A DNA stretch of 64,000 bases, taken from positions 2,972 to 66,971 of the forward strand of contig DAINOD010000007.1 in the NCBI GenBank assembly GCA_036735545.1. Reading direction: 5' to 3'. Made by a program: the position numbers and the translations under genes. Positions 9,903-19,064 of the stretch are shown one piece after another. Numbering within the stretch: position 1 is the stretch's first letter; each line of letters begins with the position of its first letter. Below the pieces are notes generated by a model. That model was not told the DNA's origin. It saw nothing but the letters and a program-made list of their open reading frames with translations, and made no database searches. The DNA comes from Rubrimonas sp. Its GTDB lineage: Bacteria; Pseudomonadota; Alphaproteobacteria; Rhodobacterales; Rhodobacteraceae.

Positions 9903-11243
9903 TCACCAGCACCGCGCGCCGGGTGCGCGGACGAGCCCGAACCCCGTCGCCGCGTCGCGACCCGGCGCGCCGAGATCTTCGGTGGTGCGGGCCAGCAGCG
10001 CGCGGGCGGCTGCGGGGTCGCCGCCGGTTTCGGCGCGCGCCCTCAGCAGCGCCGCCAGGGCGAAGGGAACGGCGAAGCTCGTTCCCGTCCAGCCGGTCGC
10101 GCCGCCGCCCGGCGCGGCGGACATCACATCCACTCCCGGCGCGGCGAGCTCCAGATAGTCGCCGCGATTGCCGCCGCGCCAGGCGCGCTTTCTGGCGTCC
10201 ACGGCCGCGACCGCGATGACGTCGGGGTGCGCGGCGGGAAAGGCGGGGGCGGCCAGCGCGCCTCCATTGCCGGCGGCGGCGAGGAGATTGGCGCGCCGCG
10301 CCGTGAGCGTCAGCGCCCGGTCGACAAGAACGTTACGCGCGCCCGCAAGGCTCAGGCCGATCGCCCGCGCCCGCTGCGCCAACGCCCAGTCGAGGCTCCG
10401 GATGAGCGTGGCCGCATCCGCGCGGGAGAGGCCGTCACGCAACCCGAAGGCTTCCGCCACCAGCAGCCGCGCGCCGGGCGCCAGGGGCGAGGCGTCCCGG
10501 TCGACCCGGCCCACCAGAAGCGCGGCGACCGCCGTGCCGTGATCGGTCGGGGCCGGCGCCAGTCCATCCGGCAGGAACCGCCGCTGCGTGATCGCGGCGC
10601 CGGCGAGCGCCGGGTGGCCGGTGTCGACCCGCGTGTCGACGATGGCGATGGGCGCGCCGCGGGCGCAGGCGTCGGCGCGCGCTTCCGCCAGCCGGACCAT
10701 CGTCGCGCTCCAGCAGGAGGGCCCGGCGCAGGCGTCGCCGCCGCTTGGGTAGAGGTGGTTGAAATCGAGCGCCGCGTCGGGCGCCGTCGCCCGCGCCGTC
10801 TCGAGCGCCTCGGCGATGCCGAGGTCCGCGGGCACCCCGAGACGGTGCAGCGTATCCCCCAGGGCGCCCAGTGGATCGGCGGAGAGAACCGGAAACCCCG
10901 CCGCAGCAAGCGCCACGAGCTCGGCCGGACCGAGCCCGAGTCCGACGATCTCGCGCGGGGCGACGTCGCGTCCTTCAACGATGCTCGGACCGAAGATCGC
11001 CTGCAGGGTTCTCAGGAGCGAGGCCCCGCCGTCCGGCTGCGCCCGTGTGACGCCCGAGAAGCCGTTTCCGCCGTCACTACCGCCAGCGCCGCCCCGCCCA
11101 CCGCCGGGTCCATCGTCGTCATCGTCGTCATCGTCGTCGTCATCGTCATCGTCGTCTGCGATCGCCGCGGGCGCGCCCCACTCCGACCAGACGGTCAAAG
11201 GCGGGCCAACGACAAAGAGGAAGAGGACCAGGAGCCAACGCAT
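9903..11243 (-). CDS. secreted S8 (subtilisin-like) serine peptidase with an N-terminal poly-Asp tract
   Basis: ORF 9903..11270. Start moved to MRWLLVLFLFVVGPPLTVWS (signal-peptide-like, ATG at 11243). Triad in D-H-S order: IAIVDTRVDTGHP, DHGTAVAALLVG, GTSFAVPFALAALL. Confidence 0.85.
   Translation of the reverse strand: MRWLLVLFLFVVGPPLTVWSEWGAPAAIADDDDDDDDDDDDDDDGPGGGRGGAGGSDGGNGFSGVTRAQPDGGASLLRTLQAIFGPSIVEGRDVAPREIVGLGLGPAELVALAAAGFPVLSADPLGALGDTLHRLGVPADLGIAEALETARATAPDAALDFNHLYPSGGDACAGPSCWSATMVRLAEARADACARGAPIAIVDTRVDTGHPALAGAAITQRRFLPDGLAPAPTDHGTAVAALLVGRVDRDASPLAPGARLLVAEAFGLRDGLSRADAATLIRSLDWALAQRARAIGLSLAGARNVLVDRALTLTARRANLLAAAGNGGALAAPAFPAAHPDVIAVAAVDARKRAWRGGNRGDYLELAAPGVDVMSAAPGGGATGWTGTSFAVPFALAALLRARAETGGDPAAARALLARTTEDLGAPGRDAATGFGLVRAPGARCW
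11112..11156 (-). repeat. (GAY)15 trinucleotide tract encoding 15 consecutive Asp
   Basis: The plus strand reads atcgtcgtcatcgtcgtcatcgtcgtcgtcatcgtcatcgtcgtc, in frame with the S8 peptidase. It lies directly after the predicted signal peptide (..APAAIA-D15-GPGGGRGGAGGSDGG). Confidence 0.9.
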
Positions 11244-11310
11244 CGCAATCTCCCGCTGCACACCATCCACCCGGAGAACGCGAGCCGCGTAGCCTTATGC
11301 CCGTGGCGTT

Positions 11311-11335
11311 GGAATAGACTTCGCCCTGGCGCGTT
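11311..11335 (+). promoter_or_regulatory. candidate ECF-type promoter GGAAT-N16-CGTT upstream of the sigma gene
   Basis: ggaatagacttcgccctggcgcgtt read from the sequence. It resembles the GGAAC-N16/17-CGTT class of ECF promoters and sits 15-35 nt upstream of the candidate start codons (11351, 11354, 11369). Consensus match only. Confidence 0.3.
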
Positions 11336-11350
11336 CTGGAACCGGAGCGT

Positions 11351-11890
11351 TTGATGGAAAGACCCAGCATGCCCGAGCAGCCGGCCGTCGGCCAAGCGGC
11401 GATCCGCGCGGAGATCGTGGCTCTGCTGCCGCGTCTGCGGCGCTTCGCGTGGTCGCTTTCCGGCTCGCGCGACGAGGGCGACGATCTTGTGCAGGCGGCC
11501 TGCCTCAAGGCGCTCGGCGCGCTTGACCAGTATCAGCCCGGCACGCGGCTCGACGCGTGGATGTTCCGCATCCTGCGCACCGGCTGGATCGACCGGGCGC
11601 GGTATCGAATGCGGCGCCCGAGCACCTCTGACGCCGGGACGCTGGCGGCGATTTCGGATGCGGGGCTCGGCGCGCAACTGGCGGAAGCGCGCCTGACGCT
11701 GGCGCGGGTGCGCGCCGCGATGGAAGCACTGCCGCCCGAGCAGCGCGAGGTGCTTGCGCTGGTGGCGATCGAAGGCCTGTCCTACCGCGAGGCGGCGGAT
11801 GCGCTCGGCATTCCCATCGGCACGGTGATGAGCCGCCTCGGCCGCGCCCGCGCACGGCTGGGCGCGATGATCGAGGAGCGCGCGGCATGA
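11351..11890 (+). CDS. ECF (sigma-70 family, group 4) RNA polymerase sigma factor
   Basis: ORF 11351..11890. Region 2 DDLVQAACLKALGALDQYQPGTRLDAWMFRILRTGWIDRAR. Region 4 LPPEQREVLALVAIEGLSYREAADALGIPIGTVMSRLGRAR. The true start may be ATG at 11369. Confidence 0.85.
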   Translation: MMERPSMPEQPAVGQAAIRAEIVALLPRLRRFAWSLSGSRDEGDDLVQAACLKALGALDQYQPGTRLDAWMFRILRTGWIDRARYRMRRPSTSDAGTLAAISDAGLGAQLAEARLTLARVRAAMEALPPEQREVLALVAIEGLSYREAADALGIPIGTVMSRLGRARARLGAMIEERAA

Positions 11891-12621
11891 CTGTGAAGTG
11901 GACCGAGGCCGAGATCGCGGCTTTCATCGGCGGTCGCCTTCATGGTTCGGACGCGGACCGCGTCGCCGAGGCGCTGGAAACCGATCCCGCGGCGCAGGCC
12001 GCCGCGGAGGCCATCGGCGCGGCCGACGCCGGCGACCAGACGCTGCGGCAGGCTTTCGCGGCGCCGCTTTCCGAGGCGCCGGCTTTGGCGCTGCGCGCCA
12101 CGCTGCTGGCCGGGACGGGCGGCGTGGCGACGCCGCCGCGGCGGGCGCGCGCGGCCTGGGCGCCGGCCGCGCTGGCCGCCAGCCTTGCGCTGGCTGCGGG
12201 CTTCGGGGCGGGATGGGGGCTGCGCCCGTCCGGCGCCCCGGAGACGCCCGCCGTCATCGCCGTCGGGCAGGCGACAGGCGCGGTGGAGCTGGCCCTCTCA
12301 TCCGCGCCCTCCGGCGCGGCGCGGAGCGGTTTGGCGCCGACGGCCACCTTCCGCGACAGCGCCGGAAACGCCTGCCGCGAGTTCGACGTGATCGACGCGG
12401 CCGGCGCGCCTGCCGCCGCAGGTGTCGCCTGCCGCGATGCGCAGGGCTGGCGCGTCCTGCTGATCGCCACGCATCGGGACGCCGCCCCGGCTGGACCCGG
12501 TTTCGCGCCCGCCTCTGGCGCCGACGCCGATCCGGTGGGGGACTACCTGAACGCCATCGGCGCCGGTCCGGCCCTGCACCCCGCGGAGGAAGCCGCGCTC
12601 ATCGCGCGCGGCTGGCGCTGA
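11887..12621 (+). CDS. putative transmembrane anti-sigma factor
   Basis: ORF 11887..12621. ATGA overlap with the sigma gene. Cytoplasmic N-terminal helical region, single TM AWAPAALAASLALAAGFGAGWGL, periplasmic C-terminal domain with Cys pairs (ACREFDV..GVACRDAQGW). The call rests mainly on position and topology. Confidence 0.6.
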   Translation: MTVKWTEAEIAAFIGGRLHGSDADRVAEALETDPAAQAAAEAIGAADAGDQTLRQAFAAPLSEAPALALRATLLAGTGGVATPPRRARAAWAPAALAASLALAAGFGAGWGLRPSGAPETPAVIAVGQATGAVELALSSAPSGAARSGLAPTATFRDSAGNACREFDVIDAAGAPAAAGVACRDAQGWRVLLIATHRDAAPAGPGFAPASGADADPVGDYLNAIGAGPALHPAEEAALIARGWR

Positions 12622-12703
12622 CAGGCGCGTCGCTCGCCGAAACGGCGGCCATCCCCGGCGGCGATCACGCTTCCTCCAGCCAGGCGAGGCAGGCCCCGAA
12701 GCA

Positions 12704-14014
12704 TCAGGCTGAGGACCTGAATTCTCCGCCGAGTCGGTCCCGCAGTTCCAGCCATGACGCCGCAATCGCGCCGCCGAGCTGTCGAAAGGGATGCAACGGG
12801 ATCGGCGCGATGGGCGACACGGCCAGGGGCGCGCCCTCCCAGTGTCCGCGACGAAGCCGCTCGGCGACGATTTCGCCCAGCGCCACCGAGTAGGCGACGC
12901 CCCGGCCGTTGCAGCCGATCGCTGCGATCAGGCCGGGCGCGCTTTCGTGCAGATGCGGGAGATGATCCAACGTCGCGGCCAGCCGGCCGGCCCAGCGATG
13001 CGTGACCGCGATCCGCGAGAGACGGGGAAAAACCGTTCGCAACGCGCGCTCGAGGCGGCGATAGCTGTCGTTCCGGGTGGCCCCGATCACGCCGCCGCGG
13101 CCGCCGAACATCACGCGCCCGTCCGGCGAGCGGCGGAAGTAGAGCAGGCTGCGACGGGTGTCCGAAACAGCGGATCCGCTCGGCAAGATCGGCGCGAGCG
13201 TGTCGTGCGGGAGGGGCTCCGTCGCGATCTGCGCGCTTTCGACGGTCACCACCGACGCCGCCAGCTTGGGCACGAGGCCGGCGGTGTAGCCGTTCGTCGC
13301 GACCACGACGTGTCGCGCGCGGACGACGGCGCCGCCCGCGTCGGCGCGCCAGCCGTCGCGCTCCCGCGTCAGAGCGGTCACCGGGGTCGCGCCGTGAACG
13401 GCGGCCCCGGCCTCGGCCGCGGCCCGCGCGAGCCCGCGGGCAAGACTGAGGGGGTGGACGACGCCGCCACGCTCGTCCAGCCAGCCGCCGCAATAGGCGT
13501 CGCTGCCCAGATGCGCGGCGATGGCGTCGCGGTCCAGCCAGCGCACGGGCGCCCCGCGCGACGCCCACTGATCGTGCTTCCAGCGCTGTTCGGCGAGCTT
13601 GGCGGGATGGTGGCCGGCGTGGACCCAGCCGCTGCGGGTCGCGGCGCAACGGATTCCGTGCTCGGCGATCACCGCGAAAAGGCGGTCGGCGATCCCGGCG
13701 CCGAATGCGGCCATCGCGCCACCGCGCTCGACGCCGAAACGGGCGACGAGGTGATCGGGATAGGTCTTGAACCCCGGCAGCACCTGCCCGCCATTCCGCC
13801 CCGAGGCCCCGTATCCCGGGCGCTCGCGATCGACGCAGATGACGCTCAGGCCATGGCGCGCGGCGTGCAGGGCGGTCGAGAGGCCGGTGTAGCCGGCGCC
13901 GACCACCAGGACGTCGGCGTCGCGGTCGCCGGGCAGGGCGGGGGCGTCGGGCGCGGGCTCCGCCGTCTCGCCCCACAGGCCGAAGTCGCGATCCTGACGC
14001 GCGGCGGGGCTCAC
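12704..14014 (-). CDS. FAD-dependent oxidoreductase (DAO family; gamma-glutamylputrescine/opine oxidase-like)
   Basis: ORF 12704..14014. Dinucleotide fold DVLVVGAGYTGLSTALHAARHG. Length and C-terminal GCNGRGVA are typical of DAO-family oxidases. 4-nt overlap with the upstream ATPase gene. Confidence 0.85.
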   Translation of the reverse strand: MSPAARQDRDFGLWGETAEPAPDAPALPGDRDADVLVVGAGYTGLSTALHAARHGLSVICVDRERPGYGASGRNGGQVLPGFKTYPDHLVARFGVERGGAMAAFGAGIADRLFAVIAEHGIRCAATRSGWVHAGHHPAKLAEQRWKHDQWASRGAPVRWLDRDAIAAHLGSDAYCGGWLDERGGVVHPLSLARGLARAAAEAGAAVHGATPVTALTRERDGWRADAGGAVVRARHVVVATNGYTAGLVPKLAASVVTVESAQIATEPLPHDTLAPILPSGSAVSDTRRSLLYFRRSPDGRVMFGGRGGVIGATRNDSYRRLERALRTVFPRLSRIAVTHRWAGRLAATLDHLPHLHESAPGLIAAIGCNGRGVAYSVALGEIVAERLRRGHWEGAPLAVSPIAPIPLHPFRQLGGAIAASWLELRDRLGGEFRSSA

Positions 14015-15639
14015 GGCGTGGCCGCCGCCCGCGGCGCGAACGCGCTCGCAGCCGCCTCGACCCGCGGCGCCGCGGCGAGCAGCGCCCGGGTGTAGCCGGC
14101 CTGCGGGCGGTCGAACACCGCGTCGCGCGGCCCCTGCTCGATGATGCGGCCGTCCTGCATGACGATCACGCGGTCCGCGATCTGCTCGATGGCTGCGAGG
14201 TCATGCGAGATGAAGATGCAGGCGAAGCCGTAGTCCGCCTGCAGCGCCTTGAACAGCGACAGGATCTGCGCCTGGATCGTCATGTCGAGCGCCGACACCG
14301 GCTCGTCGGCCACCACGAAGCGCGGTCGGCGGACGATGGCCCGGGCGATCGCGACGCGCTGGCGCTGCCCGCCCGACAACTGGTGCGGGAAGCGGTCGGC
14401 GAAGTCGCCCAACCCAACGTCGGCCAGCGTCCTCGCCACCCGCTCCCGCCGCTCCGCCTCGCCCATCTCGGGGACGTGGCGCAGCGGCGCGCGGACGATG
14501 GCGCCGACGCGCATCCGGGGGTCGAGCGAGGAGTAGGGGTCCTGGAACACGAGCTGGCCCGCGAGGCGGTAGGCGCGTCGGGCGGGACCGGGCGCGCGCA
14601 GCACGTCGCGCCCCTCGAACCGCACCTCGCCCGAATGCGCCGGGATCAGGCGCAGGATCGCCCGGCCGAGCGTGGTCTTGCCGCAGCCCGAGCCGCCGAC
14701 GACCGCGACGACCTCGCCGGGGTGGACGTCGAAGGTGACGCCGTCCACGGCCCGGTGCGGCCTGCGGCGGCGGAACAGCGACAGGCCGCCGGCATGGGTC
14801 ACGACGAGATCGCGGACCGACAGCAGGGGCGCGCCGTCGCGCGGGGCCGGCGGCGTCGTCGCGCGCCGCGGCAGCGCCGCGACGAGCGCGCGGGTGTAGG
14901 GCTCGCGCGGCGCCGCCAGCAGCGTCCGGCTGTCGCCCTCCTCGACCAGCCTGCCCTTCTCCAGCACCAGCGCACGCTCGGCGTAGCGGGCGACGAGGCC
15001 GAGGTTGTGGGTGATGAGGATGACCGACGCGTCGCCCTCGCGCGCCAGCGCCATCATGAGGTCGAGCACCTCGCGCTGGGTCAGCGTGTCGAGCGCCGTG
15101 GTGGGCTCGTCGGCGATCAGCAGCCGCGGCTTCAGCAGCATCACCGAGGCGAGCATGATGCGCTGGCGCATCCCGCCCGAGAACTCGTGCGGGTAGGCCG
15201 CGAGCCTGCGCGCGGCGTCCGGTATGCCGACCCGCTCCAGCATCGCCGCCGAGCGGGCCGCGATCTCGCGCGGGGGCAGCCTGAGGTGGAGGGCGAGGCC
15301 CTCCGCGATCTGGGCCCCGACGGTCATGGCGGGGTTGAGCGACGCCATGGGCTCCTGGAAGACCATCCCGATGCGCGGGCCGCGCAGCCGGCGGAAAGCG
15401 TCCTCGGGAATGTCGGCGACGTCGGCGCCCTCCAGGACGATGCGCCCCTGCGTGCGCCGCAGCCCCGGCGGCAACAGCCGCAGCAGCGCGCGGGCGGCCA
15501 TGGTCTTGCCGGACCCCGACTCGCCCACGATCGCAAGGCACGTCCGCGGCGCGACGGCGAACGACAGGTCCTCGACGATCGGCGGCCCCGCGTCCGTCTC
15601 GACCCGCAGGCCGTGGACGGCGAGAAGCGGCGCGCTCAT
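14011..15639 (-). CDS. ABC importer ATPase with two fused NBDs (DppD/DppF type)
   Basis: Part of ORF 14011..16398. Start set at MSAPLLAVHGLRVE (ATG 15637-15639, ATGA overlap with the permease stop). Walker A GESGSGKT and GGSGCGKT, signatures FSGGMRQR and LSGGQRQR, Walker B LLIADEPT and FVVADEPV. Confidence 0.9.
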   Translation of the reverse strand: MSAPLLAVHGLRVETDAGPPIVEDLSFAVAPRTCLAIVGESGSGKTMAARALLRLLPPGLRRTQGRIVLEGADVADIPEDAFRRLRGPRIGMVFQEPMASLNPAMTVGAQIAEGLALHLRLPPREIAARSAAMLERVGIPDAARRLAAYPHEFSGGMRQRIMLASVMLLKPRLLIADEPTTALDTLTQREVLDLMMALAREGDASVILITHNLGLVARYAERALVLEKGRLVEEGDSRTLLAAPREPYTRALVAALPRRATTPPAPRDGAPLLSVRDLVVTHAGGLSLFRRRRPHRAVDGVTFDVHPGEVVAVVGGSGCGKTTLGRAILRLIPAHSGEVRFEGRDVLRAPGPARRAYRLAGQLVFQDPYSSLDPRMRVGAIVRAPLRHVPEMGEAERRERVARTLADVGLGDFADRFPHQLSGGQRQRVAIARAIVRRPRFVVADEPVSALDMTIQAQILSLFKALQADYGFACIFISHDLAAIEQIADRVIVMQDGRIIEQGPRDAVFDRPQAGYTRALLAAAPRVEAAASAFAPRAAATP

Positions 15640-16454
15640 CGCACCATCATCCGAGGGTCGAACCGGTCGCGCAGGGCGTCGCCGAGCAGGTTGACCCCGA
15701 GCAGCGTCAGCGCGATGCACAGGCCGGGCGCGAGGGAGAGCCAGAGCGCGCTCTCCATGTAGCTGCGCGCCGCGGACAGCATGTTGCCCCAGGTCGCCGC
15801 CGGAGGCGGCACCCCGAGGCCGAGAAAGCTGAGCGCGCTCTCCGACAGCACGGCCCAGCCGAACATGCTGGTCGCCAGCACCGCGATGGGCGCGAGGCAG
15901 TTGGGCAGGATGTGGCGGGCCATCGTGTAGGCCTCGCTGTCGCCGATCATGCGCGACGCCTCGACGAACTCCTTCTCGCGCAGCGACAGCACCTGGCCGC
16001 GCACCACGCGGACCACGGCGGGCGTGTAGGCGAGGCCCAGCGCGACGACGATGCTGATCTGCCCCGGCCCCATGACCACCATCAGCGCGAGCGCCAGCAG
16101 AATCCCCGGAAAGGCCAGCATCGCGTCGTTCACCACCATCGCGAGCCGGTCGGTCCAGCCGCGCAGGAAGCCCGTCAGCACGCCCACGACCGAGCCGACG
16201 ACTATGGCGAAGGCGGTGACGCCGAGGGCGATGCGGAAGCTGACCGCGGCGCCGTCCATGATGCGGCTGAGCACGTCGCGGCCGAACTCGTCGGTGCCGA
16301 GCCAGAACCGCGCGGAGGGCGGCTGAAGGCGGCTGGTGATGTTGACCCCGGTCGGGTTGTGCGGCGTCCACAACGTCGCCAGCGCCGCGACCGCGCACAT
16401 GGACAGGCTCAGCGCCAGCCCGATGGCGAGGTTCGCACGCCGTCGCCGGGTCAT
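15636..16454 (-). CDS. ABC importer permease (DppC/OppC type)
   Basis: Part of ORF 15636..17195. Start MTRRRRANLAIGLALS (ATGA overlap with the upstream permease). Characteristic FWLGTDEFGRDVLSRIMDG and multi-TM body. Confidence 0.85.
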   Translation of the reverse strand: MTRRRRANLAIGLALSLSMCAVAALATLWTPHNPTGVNITSRLQPPSARFWLGTDEFGRDVLSRIMDGAAVSFRIALGVTAFAIVVGSVVGVLTGFLRGWTDRLAMVVNDAMLAFPGILLALALMVVMGPGQISIVVALGLAYTPAVVRVVRGQVLSLREKEFVEASRMIGDSEAYTMARHILPNCLAPIAVLATSMFGWAVLSESALSFLGLGVPPPAATWGNMLSAARSYMESALWLSLAPGLCIALTLLGVNLLGDALRDRFDPRMMVR

Positions 16455-17395
16455 TCCGCCGAGACCCGCGGATCGAACAGCGGATAGAACAGGTCGACGA
16501 CGAGGTTGACCATCACGTAGACGAAGGCCGTGAACAGCAGGCAGCCCTGCACGACGGGATAGTCGCGGGCGAAGACCGCATCGACGAGAAGGCGGCCGAG
16601 GCCGGGCAACGTGAACACCGTCTCCAGCACCGCGATGCCGCCGAGAAGGTTGCCGAGGATCAGGCCGACCAGCGTCCAGGTCGGGGCCAGCGCGTTGGGC
16701 AGGACGTGCCGGGCGAGCACCCGCGCCTCGCTCAGGCCCTTGGCGCGGGCGTGGGTGACATACTCCAGCCGCAGCACCTCGATGGCGCTGGCGCGCGCCA
16801 TCCGGGTGACGACCCCGCTCTCGTGCAGGGCGAGGGTGGCGATCGGGAGCGCGAGAAAGCTCATCGCGCGCCACGGGTCCTCGCCGATCGGCACGTAGCC
16901 CACGACCGGCAGCCAGCCGAGCGTCAGGCCGAACAGCAGCAGCAGCAGAAGGCCCATCCAGAAAGTCGGGATCGACAGGATCAGCGTCGTCGTCGCGACG
17001 ATGGCGACGTCGAGCGCGCTGTCCTGCCGCCACGCCGCGATCACGCCGACCGTCACGCCGGCGACGGCGGCGAAGGCGACCGCCGCCAGCACCACGCTGG
17101 CGCTGACCTGGAACCGCTCCAGCACCATCGGCGCCACGGGCTGGCGGTTGGTGATCGAGACGCCGAGATCGCCCCGGAGCAGGTCGCCGAGCCACAGCAG
17201 GAACTGCGCGGGGATCGGCCGGTCGAGCCCGAGCGCGGCGCGGGCGGCCGCGATCTGCTCCGGCGAGCCGCCGTCCCCGAACATCAGCGTCACCGGGTCG
17301 CCGGGGATCATCCGCATCAGCGCGAACACCATGACCGACACGATCAGCAGCGTCGGTATCGTCATGAGCAGACGCCGCACGACGTAGCCGATCAT
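16451..17395 (-). CDS. ABC importer permease (DppB/OppB type)
   Basis: Part of ORF 16451..17521. Start MIGYVVRRLLMTIPTLLIVSVMVFALMRMIPGDPV is the canonical DppB-type N-terminus. Confidence 0.85.
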   Translation of the reverse strand: MIGYVVRRLLMTIPTLLIVSVMVFALMRMIPGDPVTLMFGDGGSPEQIAAARAALGLDRPIPAQFLLWLGDLLRGDLGVSITNRQPVAPMVLERFQVSASVVLAAVAFAAVAGVTVGVIAAWRQDSALDVAIVATTTLILSIPTFWMGLLLLLLFGLTLGWLPVVGYVPIGEDPWRAMSFLALPIATLALHESGVVTRMARASAIEVLRLEYVTHARAKGLSEARVLARHVLPNALAPTWTLVGLILGNLLGGIAVLETVFTLPGLGRLLVDAVFARDYPVVQGCLLFTAFVYVMVNLVVDLFYPLFDPRVSAE

Positions 17396-17421
17396 GGCCG
17401 ATCCCCCGCCGATCCCGGGCG

Positions 17422-19014
17422 TCAGTCGAGCGACACGCCCCAGAGCCTCGGCATCGACGCGGCCCAGGTCTGGTAGCCCTGGACGTTGCTGCGCCACGCG
17501 GCGATGTCGACGGAGTTCCACAGCGGGATCATCGGCAGGTCCTCGTCGAACATCTCGTGCAGCCGGTCGAACAGTGCCTGCCGCTCGGCGCGGTCGCTGA
17601 CGATCATGGACTGCGCGATCAGTTCGCGCGCCTCGGCGTTGTCCCAGACCTTGCGGGGCTCCGTCGCCTTGGGGCCGTTGATCATGTCGAAGCTCAGCGA
17701 CGGGTCCAGCCTAGCGGAGAAGCTGAAGAACATCGTCTGGTAGTTTCCCGCCCCGTAGAGGTCGAGCTGCGTCGCCCATTCGAGCGTCTCCAGCTCGATG
17801 TTCAGCCCGGCTTCCTGCGCCATCGCCTGCACGAAGACGGCCCCGTTGAACATCGACATGTAGCGCTGGGTCGTCACCATCCTGATCGGCCGACCGTCGT
17901 AGCCGGCCTCGGCCAGCAGCGCCCGCGCCGCCTCGAGGTCGCGCGCCACCGGCGCGCGCTGCACCGGCCCGGAGTAGGGGCTGGCGAGCGGCACGGGCGA
18001 GTGGACCGGCTCGACGAGACCGAAGGTCAGCGCCTCGACCAGCGCCTCGCGGTCGATGGCCAGCGACAGCGCGCGACGGATGCGCACGTCCGACAGAACC
18101 GGGTCCAGCACCTGGAAGAGGATGCCGTTGAGCTCCATCGTGGGGTGCGTGCCGATGACGATGTCGCTTCGCCCCCTCGCCTCCTCGAGATCGCGGGCGG
18201 CGAAGTCCGGGCGCACGTCGATCGAGCCCGAGTAGAGCGCAGCCTTCGCGGAGGCGGATTCCGGGATCACCGTGAAGATCACCTTCTCCGCGAGGGCCTG
18301 CTTGCCGCCCGTCAGGCCGTCGCGCGGACCCGGCAGCGAGGCGTAGGCGTCGAAGCGCGCCAGCTCCACCGACTGGCCGCTGCGCCACTCGCCCCATGCG
18401 TAGGGGCCGGTGCCGACGGGCGCGGCCCATGCGCCGTCCGCGCCCAGGCTGTCGCGGTGGTAGATCGCCGACCCGCCGCAGTCGGTGCGGGCCATCTGGC
18501 CGAGAAACAGCGCGCTCGGCCTCTCGATGGTGATGACGAAGGTCAGCGGGTCGGGCGCTGTCATGTCCACGATCTTCGCCGCGCCGCTGCCGTCGAAGGC
18601 CGGCAGGCAGCGCCACTGCGTCGCGGGGTCCATGTAGCGCGTCCAGGCGAACAGCACGTCGTCCGCGCTCAACGGCGCGCCGTTGTGGAAGGTCACGCCC
18701 TCGCGGAGCCGGAACGTGTAGGTGACGCCGTCGTCGGAAAGCTCGACCGACTCCGCGAGCATCGGGCCGACGCTGAGGTCCTCGCGGTAGGCCACCAGCC
18801 CCTCGAGCATGTGCATCGTGATGGTGTCGGAGTTCAGGTCGCGGTTCACGCCGGGATCCGTGCCGCGCAGGTCCGAATTGATCATCACCCGGATCGCGCC
18901 GCCGCCGGGGCCGGCCTGCGCCAGCGCAAGCCCCGGAACGAGCGTCAGGCCGAGCGCAGCGGCGCGGCCCGTGTGCAGGACGAATGAACGAGGCATCGGC
19001 GCGCTCCTTTTCAA
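17422..19014 (-). CDS. ABC importer substrate-binding protein, family 5 (peptide/nickel/opine)
   Basis: ORF 17422..19014. Signal peptide ..AAALGLTLVPGLALAQAG. About 530 aa with family-5 architecture. The start may be MPRSF at 18996. Confidence 0.9.
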   Translation of the reverse strand: MKRSAPMPRSFVLHTGRAAALGLTLVPGLALAQAGPGGGAIRVMINSDLRGTDPGVNRDLNSDTITMHMLEGLVAYREDLSVGPMLAESVELSDDGVTYTFRLREGVTFHNGAPLSADDVLFAWTRYMDPATQWRCLPAFDGSGAAKIVDMTAPDPLTFVITIERPSALFLGQMARTDCGGSAIYHRDSLGADGAWAAPVGTGPYAWGEWRSGQSVELARFDAYASLPGPRDGLTGGKQALAEKVIFTVIPESASAKAALYSGSIDVRPDFAARDLEEARGRSDIVIGTHPTMELNGILFQVLDPVLSDVRIRRALSLAIDREALVEALTFGLVEPVHSPVPLASPYSGPVQRAPVARDLEAARALLAEAGYDGRPIRMVTTQRYMSMFNGAVFVQAMAQEAGLNIELETLEWATQLDLYGAGNYQTMFFSFSARLDPSLSFDMINGPKATEPRKVWDNAEARELIAQSMIVSDRAERQALFDRLHEMFDEDLPMIPLWNSVDIAAWRSNVQGYQTWAASMPRLWGVSLD

Positions 19015-19064
19015 CTGAGCCTACGAGGGGTGCGGACTGGCGCCGCAAGGGTGCGGACGCGGCT

